Assembly (NCBI GenBank): GCA_051294905.1
Contig: CM119372.1
Span: forward strand, 37,946,001 to 38,010,000
Direction: 5' to 3'
From: Botryllus schlosseri
Lineage: Eukaryota
DNA: 64,000 nt
The notes beneath the pieces are model-generated. The model did no database searches and was not told the DNA's origin. It saw nothing but the letters and a program-made list of their open reading frames with translations. The translations under genes were made by a program, and so were the position numbers. Below are positions 14,002 through 26,930 of this stretch, piece by piece. Numbering within the stretch: position 1 is the stretch's first letter; the number at the start of each line of letters is the position of its first letter.

Positions 14002-14607
14002 GTGCATAGTAATATTTCTATATTTGTCATGGCGGAATGTCAGCCAGTTTTAGCGTAGCATACCACTGCAAAAAGGTCAGACAAATTTGGTCTTGAATCA
14101 TTATGTCGGAAAAAGAAGTCTAAAAGACCAATTGTTCTTGCCAAGTAGGCTAATTTCTGTCTCAAAAGTAAGACCCAAATTGATGTAAAATGGACTTAAA
14201 CTGGAAACTGAGCAATCAACACAATGACTTGGACTCGAGTCATAAAACCATGACTCGAACTCGACGCTCTGCTCGATGAGTTGGACTCGGATTTGACTCG
14301 GTGATAAATTGAAAATGACTTGACTTGAATCTAGTCAAAACTATTGAAGTGGGATCGACTTGTGACTTGGTTACAACCCTTCTCACTTGACTGAAATTGC
14401 TGAAAATGAGACCAAATTTGTATATTTTCTGTAGTGTAGTCAGACATGTACATCAACCTACTTATTTAGTTACTTTTAGTTACTAAAACTATGTAGTTCT
14501 AGTTGTGGATTTGAAAAAGTGAATAGTTTCTGGTTCTAGTTGCGGATATTTGAAAGTGAGTAGTTCTAGTTCTAATAGCAGATTTTGAAAAGTTGATAGT
14601 TCTAGTT

Positions 14608-15477
14608 CAGGGCCGGCCAACTCGTGGCCCGCGAGTTGATTTCCGAAATTAGTAGTATTATCAAAAATGGATTGCACAGATTGGGAACTTGCAAGGCCAA
14701 TCACAAATTTGCGCCAATATTGTTTTGTGTTGTGTTTAAACGGAGCCGAATGTTGGCTCCTGTTAATTGATTGTCCGCTGATTGCGATTGATTGGTGTCA
14801 TCACATAATTACTTTATATAACGGTTGCTCGCGGTGTTGGGTTCTCTTTTGCTGCAATAAACTTCTGTCGTAAGCCGACATCGTTCTTGGTGCCTATAGG
14901 GAATACAGGCTCTATACTGGCGTTGATTAGTCTGGCCGCAGCACTTGAGGTGTGATGACTGAAATATCAGTTCCGACGCATTGGTAGATCTGAGCCAGTC
15001 ACATTTTGGTAGATCTTCAAACACTACAATAAAGCAGAATACTTTGCGATAGATTAATAAAAAGTAAAAATTTTCTACACGCTTAGCGCAACATCTTGTC
15101 ACTCGATTTCTTGCTTTTAATATTGTTACCCCTTTGTGAAAATGAAAGAACGCCTAATCTATCAGATTGAGTCGAACTATATATATATTGGCGACCTCCC
15201 GTTAGCGCTCGCAGAAAGACCGTCGACTATGAAACCTAGGCACAAAATGATTGCCGTATGTTGGACGAAGCTTTCGATATCGATATGTGCAGGTGCCGAA
15301 TAGTCCAGTCCTTGCAAACTGAGCCCAGCGATATACAGCAGGCTTGCAATATAGTCAAGTGACAATATTATTAATTTATCAACTTCAAAAAATTTTCGTG
15401 CTTCGCGCGGTTAGTGGCCGGCAGAATAGTTCGTCAATCGAATGTGGTGATTAGGCTGAAAAGGTTGGCCACCGCTG
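14608..15477. mobile_element. hAT MITE (CAGGGCCGGCCAAC family) carrying a 211-bp insert
   Basis: TSD TTCTAGTT; homologous to 5731-6452; extra segment 14712-14922 has short CGCCA/TGGCG ends and a TTG duplication. Confidence 0.85.
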
Positions 15478-17158
15478 TTCTAGTTGCTAGTTTAAAAAAT
15501 TGAGTAGTTCTAATTAAAGTTGCGCATTTTGAAATTCCAGTACTTTGTACAAGTCTGAGTGTTGTGGGTGGATAAAAAATTACCACAGCAACACTTGTAC
15601 CAAACATGCATTTGCTGCATTCAAGTTTTTTCAGGATGACTTCATGATTGGGAGCCAGAGGGTTCCGTACTAGCCTACATAGCTGATGACGCAGCCTATC
15701 CCTTTCAGCCCCAGCTCATGAAGCCTCTTCCCTGAAACACAAACAGAGCATAAGCTAAAGCTAAATTCAAATAAAAATTTCCTTTCTGCTGCCCTTAAAA
15801 TTCACAATTGCTTTTTCAGAAACTTGGCAAAGCACACATGAAGGTTGAAAGATTTTGGTCGACTGAAGGCGTGGTGTTCAGCTTTTCTCATAAACTGCAA
15901 TCCGTTAAGGCCAGAATGAAACAGAGGATGGTATGCGCAATGAACAAGACCTGGTGGTGATCCAAGTATCGCTGGCCCAGACGTCGGAAATGCCCTGTGT
16001 GACATTCTCAATAAACAATGCTCTTGCTTAACCAGATGTGTTTGTGCTGTTTCATTTTATTCATGAGAGAAACTATAACTTAATGCACCCTTGCACAGTT
16101 CCGCCTTTTCACCTTTTTCATCAGTATCCTCCATCTAGACCTGCGAAAAGATCAAATTAAGTTACACTTGCCTAACCTTGTATAACAAAGGAATGACTTG
16201 GTTGTAACAAGAAAATGAAGGCATAGGTGAAAACCAAATTATGACTTGGATGATGTACGATGGCTTATCAGCCCGTTGGTACAATTTGAATTTTGGTTTG
16301 CGAGTCAGAGCTAAGGACATCATTCTCTGCTGTGCTGCCACTATCAAAGCAGATGTTACTAAATCCTCTTTTCAGTAGGCGTATATGACGGTGACTAACC
16401 TACGCACAGCATATCCGTGGTTAGAAACTTGCCTTTGATGTAACAAATTTGGTAAGGGTTAAGATCACCTACCAAATTAGTGTTGAAGTGCTAACGTTTT
16501 CAGGCAACTCACCCAATGCTGCATCATTTGGAGATGGTGTTCTACCTTTTTAGCCGTGCTCTGTTTACAAAACCACAGAAAAAAGAAGCTGACTAGTAGT
16601 CAGTGACTACGTATTGTGAGCATACAGAATATAAATCCAAGAATAATGCATTCCCAACACCATTACCAAGAAGATCAAAATGCCGCAGGTATCTGACCTC
16701 GAAATATAAGCAGCCTGAATGAACAGCGCGTTACGGTAAATAAAAGTTTGATTGACAGCGTTCCGGTAACCCAGCTGCGCCATTCGTGTTCATACTCAGT
16801 CGGTCCCGTAAAAATCTCCGAAAATAAGCGCGTTCATACCGCCCCGAATCACCAGTGTTATGTTCACATAGAGGGGTTCCGGTAAACATTTTCGAGAAAT
16901 GTTAGTCCCGGAACCCCGGTATGAAAAGGGCCTTATTGTTGCAATTATGTTTTTATTAAACTGTGTTGATTCGAAGCCGTAATGCGATCCTGTTGCATCC
17001 GGGATTTTTGGATTCTCAAGTATTTCAACACGCGACAAATTGACAAAACGACACTCGAAGATGTGGATGTACTGTACAACTCAAAAACTAACCCAGACCT
17101 AACTCACACTTACCTATACATACAGATATGTGTCATGCCAGGTGGAACAGGTTGCAAA

Positions 17159-19269
17159 CATAGTGTCCTATATGGTGTCGACACAAGCAAATCGCACGGT
17201 TCAATGAAATTGTATCACGTCACAGTTTCCATTTGGCTACAGGCAATTTGACGGTGATTTTTGACCGGCTTGCCGAGCATTAAATTCGATGAATCGGGTA
17301 TCAATCGAAAGCTGACTCTGCACTGATTACGAAAATATAAATTTTATTCCGCTCGCGGCCCTGGAACCCCCACAATCAGCCCCCAATTATTCATTGTCGA
17401 GTAGATTGGCAGTGTGACGCAACAATGATGTCTGGCGAAATGAGAGACTCGCTCAAGAGCAAGGATGCGGCCGAGCGGCGAGAGTGGGATCAGCTGACGT
17501 CGCGGCAATAGCGATGTGCAAACGCGCGACAGAGAAACGCTGCGCTGTTGATACTTTTTCTATGCGTTTCGGTACAAGCGAGCACACACCAGCGTTTCCT
17601 TGACTTGTAAGGGTAGAACTGGGTCCACAGAATGTATTAGGGCCCTACCAATTTTCGCGCAATATCCTTCAGCTGATAAAGATATGTAGGCTACGTCTAA
17701 GTAGTCTACATTGGATATGTCAGATTATTATGATATCGATTGCCTTAGCCCGCTTGTTGCGTAAGGCTCCAGAGACACGTCGCGCTGTTGATGGCGGGTG
17801 TCGATACTTTCTATAGTCGCTTTTATGGTTAAGTGTGAGCAGGGAGCATTGAGCATGAGCACACATTACAAGCTTTTATTGGATCCGTATGGGTAGGACT
17901 TGGTCCGCGAATGCAGCAGGTAAAATGTTGATTGTTGAATAAAGTTTAACAGCAGGGGTGTCGAATTAAACTGGTATCGCTGTCCGGATTCAATCCGTTA
18001 CTAGAAAGCTTGCGGGCCATACCTGCCAAATGATTCCAAAATGTTACCACCAAATTCATACCTTTGTTTTTCACTGGAATAAATCTGATATCACTATAAA
18101 CGTTGACGTTGGAAGTTGGTTTAGCATTTTTCAATCACCAAATAGTTTTTTTGAATGCCGGGGACCTTTTGCGTCAAAAGTAATACAGTGGTGTCACAGA
18201 TATTTGAATTATATTCATTCTGTAGCCTGTATATATATTCCTAATGTAACTTACGTAATACGGATTTGCAGTATTTTTTTCGCATCTGTGAATAACTGAA
18301 TGTCCATTGTCCATTCGGCCCAACAGAGTTTGCACTTTTTCGCCTTCTCGGAATTTGGCAAGGTCACCGACGTGGTGCTTATGGGGACTAGAGTGAAAAC
18401 TCAACACTGTAGTTGTATTACTACAATATGATATATTTACATTATCTAAATTTGCTGTCTTGAGTGAATCTTATTACTTGAAAGTATATTTTTCTTACTA
18501 GAAATATCTCTAACAGCTGGAAGGATTGCGCGAAAATTGGTAGGGACCAAATACATTCTGTGGACCCAGTTCTACCATTACAAGTCAAGGAAAGGCTGGT
18601 GTGTGCTCGCTTTTAGCGAAGCGCATAGAAAAAATATCAACAGCGCCACGCATCTCTGGAGCCCTACGCAACAAGCGGGCTAAGGCAATCGATATCATAA
18701 TAATCTGACATATCCAATGTAGACTACTTAGACGTAGCCTACATATCTCTATCAGCTGAAGGATATTGCGCGAAAATTGGTAGGGCCCTAATACATTCCG
18801 TGGACCCAGTTCTACCCTTACAAGTCAAGGTAAGGCTGGTGTGTGCTCGCTTGTACCGAAACGCATAGAAAAAGTATCAACAGCGCAGCGTTTCTCTGTG
18901 GCGCGGTTGCACATTGCTATTGCCGCGACGTCAGCTGATCCCACTCTCGCCGCTCGGCCGCATCCTTGCTCTTAAGCCAGTCTCTCATTTCGCCAGACAT
19001 CATTGTTGCGTCACACTGCCAATCTACTCGACAATGAATAATTGGGGGCTGATTGTGGGGGTTCCAGGGCCGCGAGCGGAATAAAATTTATATTTTCGTA
19101 ATCAGTGCAGAGTCAGCTTTCGATTGATACCCGATTCATCAAATTTAATGCTCGGCAAGTCGGTCAAGAATCACCGTCAAATTGCCTGTACCTAAATGGA
19201 AACTGTGACGTGATACAATTTCATTGAACCGTGCGATTTGCTTGTGTCGACACCATATAGGACACTATG
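17159..19269. mobile_element. Foldback element with ~630-bp TIRs (P/Galileo-like, non-autonomous)
   Basis: 17159 to about 17790 is a near-perfect reverse complement of about 18635-19269; ends CATAGTGTCCTATATGG; flanking duplication TTGCAAA (7 bp, or GTTGCAAAC 9 bp if the terminal base is assigned to the target). Confidence 0.85.
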
Positions 19270-19455
19270 TTGCAAACGAGAAATAACACCTTCTGTAGTG
19301 ATTGTATATGGCTCTTCCATGTCTGAATCCACTAATATGCCGCCCAAGTATTTTGCGGTTTTGACGCTTAACCAGCTCCGCTGTGGTTGAACCAAGTTGT
19401 AAGCATTATAATCGTATAACATATCATGGTACTATCACAGATGTATGACATAAAT

Positions 19456-21002
19456 CGGAGGTCTCAAACACGCGGCCCGCGGGCCGCATGCGGCCCGCGA
19501 TGGTATTTTGGAATTCGAAGTATTCAACAAGATACTCAAGGGCCATGTCTTTTTTAGATATAAGAACTTAAAGTTCACCCTAAAACTACTTTAGGAATCA
19601 CTGAAATCTCAACAAACTATACTATCATATCACTTTCAAAAGCTATACCATGCGGTAGAAGATCAGCTATTACGTCACATTTTTAGTTCATGATGATAAA
19701 ACATAACTCGTTGATGATTAGTCACTGAAAATTGTGATTTGGTTTGGTGCGACCTTCTCGTAAAATTACTCGATTTCGGATTGGCTCGGTGATTAAATAA
19801 AGATGAGTCGAGTTGAGTAGGGTCAAACGTTAAAATCGGAGAAAGACTTGCGACTCGGAACGGTAACTTGGTAATCCTACGGACGCAACAGGCTATGAAA
19901 CTGTTATGGGGAATAGTAACATATCAAAAGGTCGTAGCTTGCGTTGCGTCGGGTATATAGCTATATCTGATCAGGTCAATATGGCGACCATTGGCATTCT
20001 GTGACCCCACTGACGAATATTTGGTTACATGCTGGGTGTTGTTTGTTCTCTTTATCCATGCTATCATCGGTGGCGAGTAAGGTAGTAGTACGCTCTACAG
20101 CTGTAAAACCAATGAATTCTTCGCTGATTGGACATTTCTATCCCGGGGGTTCTTAACCAGGGTCCGTAGACCCCGTCGGGGTATTCAGCACCACATCGGG
20201 GTGTACGAGATGCATTGTAGAATTAGGCCTATACATGCTGTGGAGTATTTTCTTGGCCAATGTGTACAACTGGAAAATAGTCTTTGCGCTACGCGCGATT
20301 TTATGTGAATGGGCTATCTGGTTATAATATAGGTTCTATCAGAAATTGAGTTGAAAATTGACAGGGGTTACGAGAATTCTCATTGGCAGCACAAGAGGTG
20401 CAATCGCTAAAAAAGTTAAGAAGCAATGATATTACTATGGCTCAATAATGATTATATTTAAGTTGTTATTTAAAAGCTCCAATAATAATTGAAGGCCAAA
20501 TCTAACGCTGATTTAATTTGACGTTGGCAATGACAGTAAAAATAGCCTATACTTATCACGACTATATCAATACCAGGATTAGGCTACACCGCTCAAATGC
20601 TCTGATATCAGATATATCTTTAGTCGATTTTAAAATATACCACATAAAATTGTGGCACGTCAAATGTCCACTAGCTGCAATATTATACCCGACAGTTTTG
20701 CGATGTCATGATGCATCCTCTCGCATGATGTCTATAACTCATTAATTTGAAAAAAATATGCCCGGGACAAAAACAATTTTATTTAAATATTTGAAAATGT
20801 GATTTTTTCCCGTGTCAAGCGTGAATAATACAATAGTAATTACTAATTACATTTCCACGATGTTTGTGGAATGCCTGTCTGCAAGGTCCCGTCAAATAAG
20901 GTTTACTTTGAACTATACATTGAATATCCGTATTATTGATGCTGCGGCCCGCGGCATCATCAAAATCTAAGAATTGGCCCGCGAGCACATTTGAGTTTGA
21001 GA
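19456..21002. mobile_element. hAT non-autonomous element (CAGAGGTCTCAAAC family)
   Basis: End motifs GAGGTCTCAAACACGCGGCCCGCGGGCC / TTTGAGTTTGAGAC; duplicated ACATAAAT; inverted relative at 49889-51054. Confidence 0.8.
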
Positions 21003-21114
21003 CATAAATGACTGTGACATCTCCAGGCGCACCGTGCTTACTAAATCCAGAAGTCGACGCTCTAGAGCCACTGTAGACTGCAGAGCCTGTACTCACGAGC
21101 TTAGCCAACATGTA

Positions 21115-22073
21115 GGGGAGATGTGGTACCGATGGATCAAAAATCGGAAAATGATCGCTGGCCCTGAAATGTTCAGCCGAAAACAGCAGATCTTTTGCTG
21201 GCTCAGCACTTTGATACAAGCTCTACCTATCGCGCACATATACATCAATATCCGTATTTTCAAAAAATATTTATGGGCGTTCAAAATTTGTTGCTCGAAC
21301 GTGTCATCGGTCCCCACCCGGTGGGTCCAATGACACACGACCCGGGACCTATGACACATATACCCTAAAAAACTCAAATGTGACTACTTTTCTTGCTCAG
21401 TATTATAATCTAAGCTACAGCAAGCCAAAGAAGAATGTTTGGTCGCAACTGTCAAAAAATAGAATAAATATTAACTAGAATGTTGTCATAAAATCACGTT
21501 TCGATTTAGGCTCGGACTTATAAATTTGAGGGTACATACATATTGTCCGAAAATCGACAGTGTGACTTCCAAATACCTCGTTATAGCGATAAAACATCAT
21601 ATGCAATTATTACATAAAGATTTTCTGTACGTAGACATGTTTCATTTGTTTCATGATTAGTATGCTTGAATATTTTGCTTGATTTGGCTATTGTATCATC
21701 GGTCCCCACCCTACGAATTTTATACATGAATCGAAAAAAGTCCACTCAAGGAAAGTACTGAAAAAATAATAGGTGCCATTATATAGCCTGATACAAGCCC
21801 TACTCTTCACATTAAAAATGATTGCTGGTTTGTTCGTGTTGAAGGTTACAAAGAAAAATGTATATGTCGATCAAAATTTAGTTTACACCCCTTAAAACAA
21901 AAATCATCTGTGAGAGACCCCATTGCTCGCGCACGTCGAATTTTTTGGTATGTGAGGAAAGATTTTGCCAACATGCAATTGTAGACAAGTTCACGGAGTG
22001 TAATCATGGAATTATCATAGAGAATTTTCAAAGTATTTTCGGTCCCAGTGATCCATCGGTACCACATCTCCCC
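21115..22073. mobile_element. MITE with TA target duplication (Tc1/mariner-pogo-like), copy 1
   Basis: Perfect TIR GGGGAGATGTGGTACCGATGGATC; TA on both sides in a GTAC context. Confidence 0.85.
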
Positions 22074-22864
22074 TACGCTAAATATCTGCGGTGTGGATGC
22101 ATAGAAAATACCGATTTGCGTGACAACGGAGTTATGCTAAAAATGAAGGGACTCTTGCAATATATTTCGACGACAGTGATTATTTTTTTTTTACCGAAAA
22201 GAGGAATTATTTTGACCTCTGACATTACAAAACTTCTTTTGATCATTTTTTATAGTTTGCACCACTCCTAGAATAATTGAAGAGCACTGATCTACATCTA
22301 ATATTTTATCTGGGTGACTTGATTTAACAACCATTGTCCACCACGCAGTCTTGTTTCAGATTCAGATTTGAGATATCAGCTTAACGTTGTTTGCCGTGTA
22401 GTTTGAGTTCGTCATTTTGTCCTATGCTGTGACAGTGGTTGGTAGCAGCTCTGGATATTGATCGGAGACTTAATCACTTTGTCATTATTCACAGCTGTTT
22501 TTGCTCTCTTTACCGTCCAGACACCGTCGCCGCAAAATGACTGAGGACCTACTAAACATTTTACGTTTTGCGGTGTGTTGAGGAGCACAATATCACCATC
22601 GCTGCCTAACTCTGATTGGTAATGATTCATACTAAGTGGATAATTGACTATTGACAACAGTATAGATTAGGATACACGGCGGGAAGTGCAAAATGAAAAG
22701 TTCACTTAAAGTGCAACATCCAGAACACCATGAATCGTTTGTAAATAATCTTGACATTGATTACAAATGTTGACAATATTTGACGGTCAAAAATTAATCG
22801 CGCTAATTATCACAAAACCATTTCCATGGAAATTTACGCCATCTTTTGCGGCATGCTAAAAATA

Positions 22865-23080
22865 ACCAACTTCTCGGCTGATCAATTAAATTAGGAGTGA
22901 ATTTTAAAAAGAATCGGAAAAGCAGGGTAGCTGTTACACACTTTATTCATGTCGGAGTAATCGGATTTTTACCAACTTCTCGGCTGATCAATTAAATTAG
23001 GAGTGAATTTAAAAAAAAAATCGGAAAAGCAGGGTAGCTGTTACACACTTTACTCAGGTCGGAGTAATCGGATTTTTACC
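22865..23080. repeat. Direct tandem duplication of a ~106-bp unit
   Basis: ACCAACTTCTCGGCTGATCAATTAAATTAGGAG...GGAGTAATCGGATTTTT occurs twice head to tail with a few differences. Confidence 0.9.
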
Positions 23081-24429
23081 ATATGGGGGTCATGGACTCC
23101 CTGATGTAAAGATTATTTTTTGTATATTCGAATATGAATCCATCTATATTCAAACAATCACATAATTCATTTATTGCAAAACAAACGTCATCAAGATGCA
23201 GCATCCCGAAGGCTAATAAGTAGGGCGATTTCTTTTTTTGTCATTGCAAAATGAATACGTGAAAATTTTGTCAAAACTGTAGCGTTTGGTCAGAAATTGT
23301 CAAAATTGTTCACAAATTCCAAATTATTTTGCAACCTGCATTTCGTTGGTATCGTATATGTTTGTACTGTCGGTGAACTTATCATTTGACATTTTAAAGC
23401 TTCTATCTTACTTTATATGCTTACCATTGTAGACGGCCCATTGTCTGCTCATTGTGAATTATAAACGGTCAAATGAAACAAATAGGTTGATCTGGTGTTA
23501 TGATCAACATACCGCAATATCCTAACTGAAGCAAGACTGCGTGGGCACTCGGCATAGGTTCTTATATCATGAAACGCATGATGAACTATTGTGATGTAGA
23601 CAACATTGTCAGAATGAAGCAACACGGTGTGTCACCAGCAGTGTACGCACAACTTCTGTCGGTCAATCGGTAGGATCACCAACTAAACAGATCCACGACT
23701 ATCAACATCGTCATGAACACGTTTTGCAGGCATTGTGAAAACGTTTTATTCCAGTGTTGCCGAGGAAATGAGAAACCAATAAAGGAAAACCTGCAATATG
23801 AGTACCATTATTACAACACATACGCTAACGATTGGTGTCTAGGAAAAGCGTTATAAATATGAGTGACAGTGTAACAAATTGTTGAACCAAGAGCATGTGC
23901 AAACAGATGCCGCATATCCGACTCCGTATGCCGAAGTCAATCAATCACGATGTTGTAGTGCAGGGGTTCTCAATTTTTTTAACAGCGTACCTTTTCGAAA
24001 TATCTGCATGTATGACATATCTCTTTAAGATATGTTGTATAAATTGTACGCAGTTAGAAGACAAAACACAAAAGACCAATGTATTTACACTCTCAAACAT
24101 GATTTCACTGCGATGGATGAGCTTTACGCTTCTCCAAGAGCAAATATTCTTAGGAATGTGTTTTGAAAAGGCACACGCGTAAATTATATTCAAGAGAAAG
24201 TCTGGCTCGAAATCATAAAACAACGCTCTGGTGTTTATAATATCGATGTGACGGATTTAGCTGATTATCTGCGACCAGCTTGGCTTTTCGATTTCAAAAA
24301 CATAAACGGTGAATCGTGAATCGTATTCAACCCCCGAAAGAACAGGTCTTGCATTCGTATGGCGGCACCCGGTTTGGGGACTCCTGTTGTCGTGGATATT
24401 TTCCACACTGGCTTTGCAGCCTACATGTA

Positions 24430-25391
24430 GGGGAGATGTGGTACCGATGGATCACTGGGACCGAAAATACTTAAAAAATTCTCCATGATAATTCCATGAT
24501 TACACTCCGTGAATTTGTCTACAAGTACATGCTGACAAAATCTTTCCTCACATGCAAAAAAATTCGACCTGCATGAGTTATGGGGTCTGTGACGAATGAT
24601 TTACGTTTTAGGGGGTGTAAAGTAAATTTATATTGATATTTGCATTTTTCTATATCTCCTGTCAGACTAACAAACCCGCCATAATTTTTGATGTAAAGTA
24701 TAGGCCTTGTATCAGGGTATATAATGGCACATATATTTTGAATCAATACCATCCTCGAGTGGACTATTTTCAAGTCAAATACAATATTTATGGGGTGGGG
24801 TACCTATGATACCATGGCCAAATCAAGCAAAATAGATGGACCAACTAATCACTTAACTACAGAAACTCGCCTACATATATATAGGCTGTAAATCATAGTT
24901 ACCTGCGGTGTTTTATCGCTATTACGAGGTATTTGAAAGTCAAAATGTCGATTTGCGGGTAATATGTATGTGGCATTAATTTTGTAAGTTTAGGAGTAAA
25001 TCAAAATATGATTTTATGCCCACATTTGAGTTGATATAATCTATTTTATTTTTGAAGGTCGCGACGAAACATTTTTCATTGGTTTGCTGTGGCTTAGCTT
25101 ATAGCACACAACAAAACAAGTCAACAAATTTGGGTTTTTGAGCGTATGTGTCATAGGTCCCATGGTCGTGTGCCTTTGGACCCACCGGGTGGGGACCGAT
25201 GACACGTTCGAGCAACAAATTTTAAACGTTTATATATATTTTTTGAAAAGGCGGATATTTATGTAAATGTCCGCGATAGGTAGAGCTTGTATCGAAGTGT
25301 TGAGACTGCAAAAGATCTGCTATTCTCGGCTAAAGATTTGAGGGCCAGAGATCATTTTGTAATTTTTGATCCATCGGTACCACATCTCCCC
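24430..25391. mobile_element. MITE with TA target duplication, copy 2 (inverted relative to 21115-22073)
   Basis: Same TIRs; internal sequence is a diverged reverse complement of copy 1. Confidence 0.85.
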
Positions 25392-25925
25392 TACAGATTG
25401 TGCACTTTGTACAGGCACAGCATTGATTCCCGCAAATTTCATATCTAGTCATCGGCCAAGTAAAGTGCTTATCAACACAATAGCGCCCTTCGAGTGACCG
25501 AATGGTCAAAAATACTACTTTCATTTATTCCGCGGCATTCAATATTAACACTGAATAATCTTTGTTCACAGAAAACTTGCAATGCAATGTAAGACAACGC
25601 GCAAAGGTGAACTGGATTGACATGAATTACCGAATAGTGTTGTCGTAAACATGTCCATCAATCTTTTGTTTACACTGCAATGTTCATACGCAGCGTTGCT
25701 TCTGCTCCGGGGCACATGTTTTTTGCGATCGCAGCTAACCAGCAAGTCATTACATCGTTAGTGACGCTGCGTTGTTGTTGTTTATAGTATTCACGGTGTT
25801 TGTCGACTATTATGGTCATTTACCCCAGGCCAATATTAATCATTTTTGATTCCGTAGCATGGCCCACTTCTAGGCTTTTATAAGACACCGCTTACACGGA
25901 TGAGATGGCGAGGGGGAGCCTAGAT

Positions 25926-26260
25926 AGCGACAAGATAGCGTAATGGTGAAGCGTCCAGTTTGTTGATCGGTAGGTCGTGCGTTCGATCCCCGGCCGGCTC
26001 AGGCCAAAGACCTGATTAGTAACACTGGTATCCATGACTTCCCGGCTTGGCGCTCATGCAATAATGGGATAGCATGGAGGGGTAGTGCATGACTTAGAAA
26101 GCATTAAAGACTATATCTGTACTTCCTTGTCTAGCGGCATATGCACATCATGCACTCATGGTATGCAGATGCACATATCGTGTGTACGTGTATAATGAGT
26201 CGGTGTATATGCCGCACAGTAAACATCAAGGACAAAAATAATCTACGTCCTTTCCTTTCC
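25926..26260 (+). mobile_element. tRNA-derived SINE (family 2) inserted in a minus-strand family-1 SINE
   Basis: A box TAGCGTAATGG, B box GTTCGATCC, CCTTT tail; duplicated CCTAGAT; host SINE pieces at about 25771-25925 and 26261-26360. Confidence 0.8.
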
Positions 26261-26818
26261 TAGATGAACCTCCAACACTTGGTAAGAATTCAGAAGTCGA
26301 CCTAGGTACCAGCAACCCATTGTTTTTTCAGCTGCATGTGGATTACAGCTGGCGCCACTGGCGCTGCATGGCTTGCAACAACTACCAACAGTCAGCGGCA
26401 ACAAGCAATTTCCCCACGAATTGATTGAATCGAGAGCGTAACAAATTACCGTTCATTGCTTGATGGCTATGCTCGGCCATCAATTAACGCTCTTACCGTG
26501 CAGCGAAGGCCATGCGGCATATTAAATCAGCGGCAGGATTTGGTATTCGTAACATAATTTAACGAATCACATTATGTAGTAACCAAGTTGCATTAGGTTC
26601 TAGTTTTGAGAAGATATAAACATTACATAGTGATTGTTTTATCTACATTTTATTCGTACGGAGAGGGTAATATCGTTATTGCAATAAAAGCAGGAAACTT
26701 CAACAATCCCGAGAAAGCAGGCAATATTTTTGGTGGTGGACAACTTGTGGTAGCGCGGACGAGTCGGTGATAGTCTGGTTTTTCCTTTAAAACGTGAAGG
26801 TGTGTTTTCAATAACGAC

Positions 26819-26930
26819 ATGGAGCAATTGAATGACGTTTTGGAGCGTCTCTACGAGCTAGAACCAGATGACATCCTGGATTCGGATATCGAGGCGGATT
26901 GTGAAGAGGAATATGAACTTTTAACGCGAC
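26819..26930 (+). CDS. piggyBac-derived gene A, first coding exon (MEQLNDVLERLYELEPDDILDSDIEADCEEEYELLTR)
   Basis: ATG, 112 nt, canonical GTAAGT donor in phase 1; homologous and equal in length to 47412-47523 and 61690-61801; acidic like piggyBac N-termini. Missed by the ORF track because it is short. Confidence 0.8.

Larger units (their letters stand above)
12663..16932 (+). mobile_element. Decayed PIF/Harbinger transposon with nested MITEs
   Basis: TIRs GGCCCTTTTCATACCGG / CCGGTATGAAAAGGGCC; 3-bp TSD TTA; transposase remnants RETFGILCDELR...VAVAHWRLAN (about 13260-13426), DDAAYPFQPQLMKP and VERF/GRLKAW (about 15635-15880). Confidence 0.88.

Noticed and set aside
22200..22657. Coding-like minus-strand stretch (ELGSDGDIVLLNTPQNVKCLVGPQSFCGDGVW...)
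   Set aside because: No recognisable family and stops follow; cannot be supported without BLASTX.
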